From Octopus bimaculoides (Eukaryota), in assembly GCF_001194135.2 (NCBI RefSeq), contig NC_069008.1, positions 6,284,420 through 6,316,624 on the forward strand: a stretch of 32,205 nucleotides of DNA. The letters are read 5' to 3'. Within the stretch, counting starts at the first letter, position 1; each line of letters starts with the position of its first letter. The translations under genes and the position numbers were made by a program. Below the pieces are notes generated by a model that was not told where the DNA came from, ran no database searches, and was given only the letters and a program-made list of their open reading frames with translations. Shown here piece after piece: positions 23,609-32,205 of the stretch.

Positions 23609-23782
23609 CATACATATATACGACGGGCTTCTTTCAGTTTCCGCCTACCAAATCCACTCACATGGCTTTGGTCAGCCCGAGGCCATAGTAGAAGACACTT
23701 GCCCAAGGTGCCACTCAGTGGGACTGAACCCGGAACCACGTGGTTGGTAAGCAAGCTACTTACCACACAGCCACTCCTGCAT
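23596..23782 (-). mobile_element. SINE family B, 5' portion
   Basis: Reverse complement of the head and stem. Confidence 0.72.
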
Positions 23783-24219
23783 CCGTACTAACAGTGTCTT
23801 CTCCGCTTAATAATCCTCTCTCTCTTTCCTTTCTTCAAAGATAGAGCCTGTCGGTAATAATTACAGAATTGCGTGCATTGTGAGTCGTGAGAAGCTTCCC
23901 AGTTTTTTAAAGTTCTGTAGCTCAATCTTTCTCCGTTTTATAAAAGAACATCTTAATTCTGACATAACCCATATATCTCTTGTTTTAATGATGTTCTCAG
24001 TATTTCATTTTCTTTCTATCACCTTTCTAATTTGTGTTTTGTACTCTTTTCTCTCTCATGTCTCTTTTCATTATCGTCTTGCTGTACCCAGAGTTATTTT
24101 TATCCCTAGATTTCTAGCTCGTAATATTTCTTTTAATCATACGTTCCTCTTACTCCAATTTTGCTTTTAAATTCTTGTAATTGTACCTCATTCAAAATTC
24201 ACCCTTTCCTTTTCCCCTC

Positions 24220-24261
<42 letters not shown>

Positions 24262-24441
24262 ATAAAAGCACCCACTACACTCTCGGAGTGGTTGGCGTTA
24301 GGAAGGGCATCCAGCTGTAGAAACTCTGCCAGATCAGATTGGAGCCTGGTGTAGCCATCTGGTTTCACCAGTCCTCAGTCAAATTGTCCAACCCATGCTA
24401 GCATGGAAAGCGGACGTTAAACGATGATGATGATGATGATG
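24262..24441 (+). mobile_element. Family C 3' segment
   Basis: Same sequence, adjacent to (TA)n. Confidence 0.75.
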
Positions 24442-24624
24442 ACTGATGCAAGTAGAAAATGCGTAATTCGAAGACACCCAAATAGTTTGGGCCTGTAGAG
24501 TTTCATACTTCATCAAAATATGACTTCACATAAGTCAATATTTCATGTGTAACGACGGTGTATATTTGATGCTTATTGCAAATCTGCTTGGGATTATTTT
24601 TATGAACGCATTTTCATGTTTCAG

Positions 24625-24693
24625 AGACTTAAGTCACAACGGTATCACGACCATTGAAGAAATCTTCCCGGATCTTCCTAATTTACAGAAACT
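24625..24693 (+). CDS. LRR exon 20 (69 nt, one codon short): DLSHNGITTIEEIFPDLPNLQK(L)
   Basis: TTTCAG/GTAAGT, phase 2-2 preserved, 23-aa repeat. Confidence 0.88.
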
Positions 24694-25600
24694 GTAAGTT
24701 GGACAAGCATTCTTCTTCTACTCCTCCTCCTCCTTCTTCATTTCTTCCAACTTTTCCAACATCGCTCTACTCACCTTTGTGTCTTTCTAATTCTCATTTT
24801 CCATCTTGTCAATCTTCTTTCACTTTGCGTTTTCTTCTTTACTTCTTTCATCGTTTCTAGGACAATTCTTATCTCACTTCTTCACCACCACCACCACCAC
24901 CACCACCACCATCACCGCCACCACCACCAACAACTTCTTTTTCCTTTCTCTTGTTCTTCTTGACACTCATCCAATTCGTCTTTATTCTGTTTCTGCTTTT
25001 TTAGTCCACATCCTCCTTTGAATAGATTTTCATAATAAATTGGTTCTTATTTTCTTTAAAACTTTGTTGCAACCTTCCATTCCCCTTTCATCTAAGTTCC
25101 CGAGTCCCTTACCATCGTTTAACTCAATCAGTTCCTTGGAAATGACCTATAACATCGGAGTGTGTTACTACAGATTTTTTTGGAAAATGTCACCGCTTAT
25201 TACATCACACCTAAAGTATGACAACAGCATTACTACTCAAATGTTACACATCACAGCAATGCACGTGAGACTAGACACGAGAAAATAAGAACAATTTTCA
25301 ACACCAGACATACCTTACCTGTCCAGACATATCTTGCCTCGTTAACAGATATTGTCTCAAAAATAGTGTATGTTAAGTCATCTACATTATAAAAAATTAC
25401 AGGTGAATCGTTCAATCAGAGAAAAATCTACAAGTTGCAAAATAATTCAGAGCATTTCAATTTTAAAAGCTATGGGACATACAGCAACACATAATTGATA
25501 GATGGGTGATATTTTCAGGACTACACACATGAATGTTCGCATTGAAACTCCTATCAATATTTGTCAGAATTCGAAATTTTATGTTAATTGAAATTGTTTC

Positions 25601-25992
25601 ATCATCATCGTTTAATGTCCGCTTTCCATGCTAGCATGGGTTGGACACTTTGACTGAGGACTGGTGGACCAGATGGTTACACCAGGCTCCAATCTGATTT
25701 GGCAGTGTTTCTACAGCTGGATGCCCTTCCTAACGCCAACCACTCCAAGAGTGTAGCGTATACTTTTACGTGCCACTGGCACGAGGGCCAGTCAGGCGGT
25801 ACTGGTGACGGCCACACTTGAAATGGTGTATTATTTATGTGCCACCTACACAGGAGCCAGTCCAGCGGCACTGGCAACGATCTCGCTCGAATGTCTTACT
25901 GTCAACGGTCACACTCGAAATGGTGTATTTTACGTGCCACCTGCACAGGAGCCAGTCCAGCGACACTGGCAACAATCTCGCTCGAATGTCTT
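25601..25992 (-). mobile_element. Family C copy with an internal ~85-bp duplication (25813-25897 and 25910-25992)
   Basis: Reverse complement with (ATC)n tail; the segment GAAATGGTGTATT...CTCGCTCGAATGTCTT occurs twice. Confidence 0.7.
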
Positions 25993-26052
25993 TTCACGTG
26001 CCATGAACACAAATCTGCTCTCACAACTTCTGAATTCGCTTTCCCTTTACAG

Positions 26053-26124
26053 AGACCTGACACATAATAATATCACGAACTTTAGAGAAGCAACCTTCCA
26101 GCACCTTAACTATTTAAAGGAAAT
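26053..26124 (+). CDS. LRR exon 21: DLTHNNITNFREATFQHLNYLKE(I)
   Basis: 72 nt, TTACAG/GTAAGT; the split codon AT+T gives Ile when joined to the cap exon. Confidence 0.9.
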
Positions 26125-26317
26125 GTAAGTTGGCTCAGCCTTCTTCTTACTATTTCGTTGACTATATTTCTTAAATATCAAATGTCTTTTTCTCTCTCTT
26201 TCTTCATTATCTTGCACTTGCTTCTTATACTTCCTTCGCTTTTTATCTTCTTAATTCGTGGTTGTCCTTGCATCCCTTTCCAGTTGAGCAATCCTAATCT
26301 TGCGGGTTCCTGGGTGC

Positions 26318-26501
26318 TGGCGCTACGTAAAAGCACCCAGTACACTCTGCAATGTGGTTGGCATCAGGAAGGGCATCCAGCTGCAGAAACCATGCGAAAA
26401 TAGACACGGAAGCTGGGCAGCTCTTCAACAGGCCAGCTCCTGTCGAACCATCTAACTCATGCCAGCATGGAAAATGGATGTTAGACGATGATGATGATGA
26501 T
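26318..26501 (+). mobile_element. Family C-related diverged copy
   Basis: GTAAAAGCACC...GGAAGGGCATCCAGCTG...(GAT)n. Confidence 0.6.
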
Positions 26502-26544
26502 GTTTAACATAGTAGGAAATAGCAATTTAGGACCAAAGGCAAAA

Positions 26545-26641
26545 AGATATTTTCGATCCAGTTTGGATTCTTTCGCATCAAATTTGAATTCTTTGCCATC
26601 AAATTTGATGCCAAAGAATCCAAACTGGATCGCAAACATCT
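26545..26641. repeat. Inverted repeat / hairpin, ~43-bp arms and 11-nt loop
   Basis: The 34-bp cores 26554-26587 and 26599-26632 are reverse complements with one mismatch. Confidence 0.85.
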
Positions 26642-26722
26642 CTATAATCTTTGTTTCTTGTCAAATTAAAGAGGAGTTCCTGCAATTTCATTCAGAGCTT
26701 CTTTTTTCTTTCACAATTACAG

Positions 26723-26892
26723 TAACTTCAGAGGCAACAACGTGTCGATGTGTGGCTGTCAGCTGACAGCCGTTGTCAACAATATGACAAGAACATACAA
26801 CAGAAATGTGGACATCCTGGGCGAGTGTCAGACAGATTCAGACAATAACGAAAGCAAAGTAATAACAACACTGGAATATCCGCAATGTAAAA
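26723..26892 (+). CDS. LRR C-terminal cap (LRRCT-like) exon: NFRGNNVSMCGCQLTAVVNNMTRTYNRNVDILGECQTDSDNNESKVITTLEYPQCK
   Basis: 170 nt open frame, TTACAG acceptor, GTTAGT donor, phase 2 in and phase 1 out; four Cys in a CxC...C...C pattern typical of extracellular LRRCT caps. Confidence 0.85.
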
Positions 26893-27121
26893 GTTAGTCA
26901 ACTCTTCTATTGTTATTTTCGTATTACTACTAACTCTTTCAACTGCTCACATTAAAATAATAAACATTATATAATGTAGCAATGCAACCACGTGTGCCGT
27001 TGGCGATTTCTTGTTCCCTTTCACCGAGCGTCAAGCTAACACACTTCTGGGTTCACGTCCTCACATTCGTTGTATTTCTTTTTCGTTCGTTTTGTATCCA
27101 TTTATTTTTTATTTGAATTGA

Positions 27122-27160
<39 letters not shown>

Positions 27161-27707
27161 CTAGCATATTCAAACTGGTAATAACCTTTGTATTTAAATA
27201 CAGATAACTGCTTAGCGCTGCTACCTCGCAATTTGTTTACGGTTAACCACTAATTAGCGCTACCAGTCATTGTACGATGACGGGAATAGCATAAGAGAGA
27301 CAATCTCTCTTATCACTTTGCAGCGCACCCTGTCCGATTTCTGTGACTGAAGAGGAGACAACCACTTCGAAATGCTTGCATATCACAGTCTGGGTAGGTG
27401 GCACTGCAAACTGATTTTGGTGTATTTACACCCTTTGTCGACAGCGAGAAATTTTCTCCATGACAAAACACGGTGAATGGCATTGTTACGAGTTTGAATA
27501 TTCCAGAAACATATCTGAACTAGTAATAACCTTGTATCGAAAATTTTCAGTATAAACTGTATTGTTCATCCATGCCTCTTCTGCAGACAAATCTTTTCTC
27601 GAATGAGGAAACGGTAAATGACAATTGGAGCTGTACATAAAATATAGGGCCCATGGATTACTGAGTTTTAAAAAATACTTCATAACAATTTCTCATTATA
27701 TTTGCAG

Positions 27708-27772
27708 ATTCAAGTTCTGGCAATGAAATAAATGTCGAAAACAGCAGGAGTGAACTTACGGATGAAAAGTAA
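27708..27772 (+). CDS. Probable next exon, Ser-rich linker: (N)SSSGNEINVENSRSELTDEK*
   Basis: TTTGCAG acceptor after a pyrimidine-rich tract, open in phase 1; ends either at TAA 27770-27772 or at a weak GTAAAA donor at 27769. Confidence 0.55.
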
Positions 27773-27879
27773 AAGAAAAATAATGTCTTCTAGAATCACC
27801 CATAACGTTTAAGACCATATTTATGAGTTATAAAACTCAATTTTCTTCTTATTTTTATCTTTTACTTTATTCGGTCATT

Positions 27880-28255
27880 AGCTCATGGTCATGCTGGGGC
27901 ACAGCCTTGAAGCATTTTAAGTACAATGAATCAACCTCAGTGCTTAATTTTTTTTGTAAAGTCTGGTACTTATTCTATCAGTTTCATGGATGTAGATATA
28001 CCAACACCGGTTGTCAAGCGATATGAGGACAAACTCAGACACAAAGATACACATGCACTTGATACACACACACACACACACACACACATATACGACGGGC
28101 TTTTAATTTCTGTCTACCAAATAGAAAATTCGATCGCAAGGGTTTGGTCGGCCCAAGGCTATAGTAGAAGACATTTTCTGCAGGTGCCACACAGTGGGAC
28201 TGAACCCAGTACTATGTGGTTGGGAAGCAAGCATCTTACCACAAAACCATGCCTA
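27880..28255 (-). mobile_element. SINE family B-related, diverged copy
   Basis: Same order of blocks as 17671-18013. Confidence 0.65.
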
Positions 28256-29469
28256 CATTTACATTACATCACAAATAACGAGGCGGTGATCTCGCAGAAT
28301 CATTAGCACACCGGTTAAAAAGCTTAGTGTTTCATCCGGCTTTACGTTCTGAGTTCAAAGCCAACTTAGCCTTTTTATCTTTACACGGTTGATAGAATGA
28401 TAGAATAAGTACCAGTTGAACACTGTGGTCTATGAAATTGACTTTTCCTCTTCTACGAAACTGCTGGCCTTGTGCTAAAATTTGGAACCGGTAATATTCT
28501 ATTCATTCTTCTATAAGAACATTCTATTTTTACCTATGATTACAATGCTACGCAACTGCGAGCCTTTATAATCTGCAATAATCTAACTGAAGCAACGTTC
28601 TGTGCCTGACTATCGGCTGAAACAGAGAAAACCTAAAAATCTTTCTCGATTTGAAAGTTTATAAACATTTTAATCTCCTGGCTATTTTATTGTTAATGTT
28701 TTACAATGTAATAATTAACTTTTTTGAATTAAGGAATAAAACTGGTTTTTATTAATGCAATGTATCGTTGAGTTGGTGCAATGTGACATTGGTAAATGAG
28801 AATATGTTTTTTTTTGTTGGTTGCGTGAATAATACCTAAAACACATTTGCAAACATTTAACTGAAATATTTCTTGCAGGACGAACGACATAAATGTTTGC
28901 TGGCTNNNNNNNNNNNNNNNNNNNNNNNNNNNNNNNNNNNNNNNNNNNNNNNNNNNNNNNNNNNNNNNNNNNNNNNNNNNNNNNNNNNNNNNNNNNNNNN
29001 NNNNNNNNNNNNNNNNNNNNNNNNNNNNNNNNNNNNNNNNNNNNNNNNNNNNNNNNNNNNNNNNNNNNNNNNNNNNNNNNNNNNNNNNNNNNNNNNNNNN
29101 NNNNNNNNNNNNNNNNNNNNNNNNNNNNNNNNNNNNNNNNNNNNNNNNNNNNNNNNNNNNNNNNNNNNNNNNNNNNNNNNNNNNNNNNNNNNNNNNNNNN
29201 NNNNNNNNNNNNNNNNNNGGGAAGAGAGGGGGAGAGGGAGAGAGAGAGAGGAGAGATAGAGGGGGAGAGAGAGAGAAACAGCTTTGAAATTAACTGTGTG
29301 ACAACATGCAGTCGATCCCAATACATACGGAGTCCACTGTGCAAATCTTCATAGTGACAGAAGTCCTTGGCCCGTGTGCTTTTGACAATCTACCAGTAAG
29401 ATTGGAGGCACATGTCACTCAGCTACCTTTCAAGAATCTGTGAGAAACTTAGCAGCAGAACGGTCTTTT

Positions 29470-29755
29470 ATAGCGTGCAAAACCAATACATGTGATACCA
29501 ATAGTAATTGGTGCACTTGGAAGTATCAGCACTCAACTAGCAACATGGATGAAAAAGATTGGTACTAGTGTGAAGGTAGAACATCTACAAAAATCAGCAT
29601 TGCTTGGAACTGCAAGAAATCTTTGCAGAGTTCTTGAAGCATGACCAGTAAACAAATGTCGCCTTAGTCTGCTGGCTGTGATGGACAGCTGACACTTTCC
29701 ATCATACCCAGCAAAATATGCACCCATTCTGAAATGGACACAAGCAGAAATAAAC
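29470..29755 (+). mobile_element. RLE-LINE 3' end fragment 1
   Basis: Translates KPIHVIPIVIGALGSISTQLATWMKKIG...LQKSALLGTARNLCRVLEA*. Confidence 0.65.
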
Positions 29756-29765
29756 CAACTCAATC

Positions 29766-30945
29766 ATATTATCCAAAAGACACTGACAATGCATAGTGCC
29801 CTTCATGCTAAGGCGAATGTACAGAGGCTCTGCTTGAAGAGGGCAAAGGTGGATGTGGGCTGATTAGTATACTGGAGTGCATTAACAGTGAAAGAAGAAC
29901 CATGGCAGAATATTTGGTAAACAGCAATTAATACCTGCAACAATATGCTGCTAACACAGAAGGATTTACCAAAAATGGACTTGAAAGTGCTCATGAATTC
30001 CAATCACAAACAGCCAACGAGAGAGAAGAAACCCTACACTGCACTGAATTACAGTCAGTTCCACCTTGAAACTAACAACTTAAAAGACCAGGAAGAATCA
30101 TGGAGGTGGCTCGCAAGGGTGACCTAAAAAAGAATACTGAAAGCCTAATCATCGCGGCCCAGGGTCAGGCATTGAATAGCAACTCAGTGAAAAGGGATAT
30201 ATGCTACACAGGTGCAATGAACCTCCGCAGAATGTGCAGGAAGAGTGTCGAAAGCGTGACTCACATTGTTAGTGTTTGTGGAAGTCTTGCACAGAAAAGG
30301 TACAAGCGCAGACGCGACAAGGTCACCCAAAACTTTCATTGGCTACTACTATGCCGGAAGTATGGATATGAGGTAACGGGTGCTTGGTACCAACATACAC
30401 AGGAAAAGGTAATGAACGAAAAGGGGAAGGCAAAATCCTCTGGGACTTTGACTTCCAGATGGACATGGTGTCAGAGCCCCAAAAGCCAGACATAGCAAAC
30501 TGTAGGAGGAACAAACATGAGTGCCTAATAATCGACATGGCAGTGCCAAGAGATCAATATGTTATCATGAAAGAAAGAGAAAAGATCGATAAATATGGAG
30601 ACTTGAGAATTGAGATCGCTAAGAGGTGGCAACTACGAGAGTCAAACATGAAGGTTGTCCTTATTGTCATCGGAATGTTGGCTTCAATACCATTTAACAT
30701 GAAGAAACATCTAGAATCTTTAGAAATACCCTACAGTCTAGGTGTATTGCAAAAATCAGCAGAATCTGGAACTACATGCATATTACGTAAAGTACTGTCT
30801 GAGGTCCTTCTTGTGACTCGACAAACAGTACAAAGCCCCGGTAGACACAGTAAGTTCTATCAACAACATCACAATACTATGGGTCGTCATAATAAATAAC
30901 AACAACAACAGTAACAATAATCATAATGATAATAATGAGGATTTT
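29766..30945 (+). pseudogene. RLE-LINE fragment 2 (R4/Dong/NeSL-like): RT thumb, degenerate zinc knuckle and restriction-like endonuclease, frameshifted
   Basis: KTLTMHSALHAK..RLCLKR/KGGCGL; IIAAQGQAL; MCRKSVESVTHIVSVC; ILWDF..KPDI..EKIDKYGDL (ORFs 30100..30495 and 30384..30899); AAC/TAA-rich tail. Confidence 0.8.
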
Positions 30946-31019
30946 TAATTGCAGCACAGAATCAATGCCATCCCACCTGAAATGACCAAAAACATATAAT
31001 GAAAAGAAACATAACAAGA

Positions 31020-31875
31020 AGATGGAGAAGAAACAATGAATCATATCGTCTCTGGCTGCCCAGTCCTGGCTAAGAAGGAATATATTCACAGACACGACAG
31101 AGTTTGGACCTATATATACACTGGAAGCTATGCCAACACTATGGAATAACAACAGGAAAAAGATGGTATAGGCACACGCCAGAAAAGGGCACAGAAAACG
31201 AGAAAGCAACCACGACCTGGGATATGCCAATACCACACAGATTGAGAAATTGAGGCCAAAATGCTGGAGACCACCAAGAAAAACTATTTTCTAATCAATA
31301 TATCAATAACGATAGATGACAATGTTTCTCTAAAAGAAAGGGAGAAACTTTCATGATACAAAGACCTGGAAATAGAGGTAACTCGAATGTGGAGCCTAAA
31401 AGCAGAAACAATTCCTATCATAATAGGTGCCTTAGGTATAATAAAAAAAATATTCAGACAAATACATAACAAAAACACCAGGACATACTAATATATATAT
31501 ATATATATATATCGTGCGGGTGACACGTAAAAGCACCCACTACACTCTCGGAGTGGTTGGCGTCAGGAAGGGCACCCAGCTGTAGAAACTCTGCCAAATC
31601 AGATTGGAGCCTGGTGTTGCCATCCGGTTTCACCAGTCCTCAGTCAAATCGTCCAACCCATGCTAGCATGGACAGCGGACGTTAAACGACGATGATGATG
31701 ATGATGATGAACACAGAGAAAATGGCACTAATTGGAATCACACACACCCTATGTAAAACACTTTCAATACACTGAAAATAAGAGCACCACAACAAACCAC
31801 AGCACATACCCAAGGCACACAGAGTTGCCCTCAGTAGTGCAGTGAAAGCATATGATAAAAATAACACTTTGCTGA
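31020..31875 (+). pseudogene. RLE-LINE fragment 3, interrupted by a family C insert
   Basis: DGEETMNHIVSGCPVLAKKEYIHRHDRVWTYIHWKLCQHYG..WYRHTPEK, then YKDLEIEVTRMW and PIIIGALG, then a 3' UTR. Confidence 0.78.
31516..31710 (+). mobile_element. Family C 3' segment inserted in a LINE
   Basis: Interrupts the LINE fragment at a (TA)n run; the LINE resumes at about 31711. Confidence 0.75.
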
Positions 31876-32205
31876 GTTGGTTACATCAACTGTCTCGGGT
31901 ANNNNNNNNNNNNNNNNNNNNNNNNNNNNNNNNAAAAAAAAAAAAAAAATAGGGGAGATAATTCTTAATGATCTATTCACGAACAAGGGAGATTACTCTT
32001 GAAATTTTGCAAATTCAAATATTGATTTCAAATTTTGGTACAATACTTGCAATTTCGGAGGAGGGGTAGGTACATTTCCATCGACTCGATTACTCAACTG
32101 GTACTTATTTCAGCAACCCTAAAAGGATGAAAGGCAAAGTCGAACTCGGCGGAATTTGAACTCAGAACGCGGAGTATGTTGTCCAGTGTGCTAACGATTT
32201 TGTGA

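Noticed and set aside
508-26124. Regularly spaced repeats as a CRISPR array or VLR-type intronless cassettes
   Set aside because: The DNA is eukaryotic and the units are spliceosomal exons with GT-AG sites. No RSS-like or recombinase signal was seen, so somatic DNA assembly is unsupported.
27204-27254. CAG-preceded short frame NCLALLPRNLFTVNH* with an LRR-like NxLxxLPxxLF look
   Set aside because: Wrong phase and length for the array, lacks the shared intron flanks, stops after 17 codons; probably chance.
508-27772. Assigning a gene symbol (SLIT, LGR/GRL101, chaoptin, TLR, IGFALS)
   Set aside because: No diagnostic domain (EGF, LDLa, 7TM, TIR) is in the window, and LRR similarity alone is not specific.

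Overview
AT-rich eukaryotic genomic DNA, most likely from an Octopus-type cephalopod (inferred from the SINE, LINE and microsatellite landscape, not from a search). Most ORFs in the supplied track are artefacts of microsatellites, repeats and N-gaps. The real coding content is a + strand intron-rich gene hidden from the ORF track. It has at least 21 single-LRR micro-exons (20 of 72 nt, one of 69 nt, all phase 2-2, all intact, AG...GT flanked), then a 170-nt cysteine-rich LRR C-terminal cap exon and a probable short Ser-rich exon. The 5' end of the gene lies upstream of the window. The introns are homologous to each other near the splice sites and in places mid-intron, so the array grew by tandem duplication of whole exon+intron units. 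The exons are freely interchangeable in frame and vary most at predicted concave-face positions. This suggests, but does not show, a Dscam/VLR-like diversifying LRR receptor. The introns carry four SINE-like families, three TTAA-flanked piggyBac-like MITEs and fragments of RLE-type LINEs. Ten N-gaps could hide further exons.
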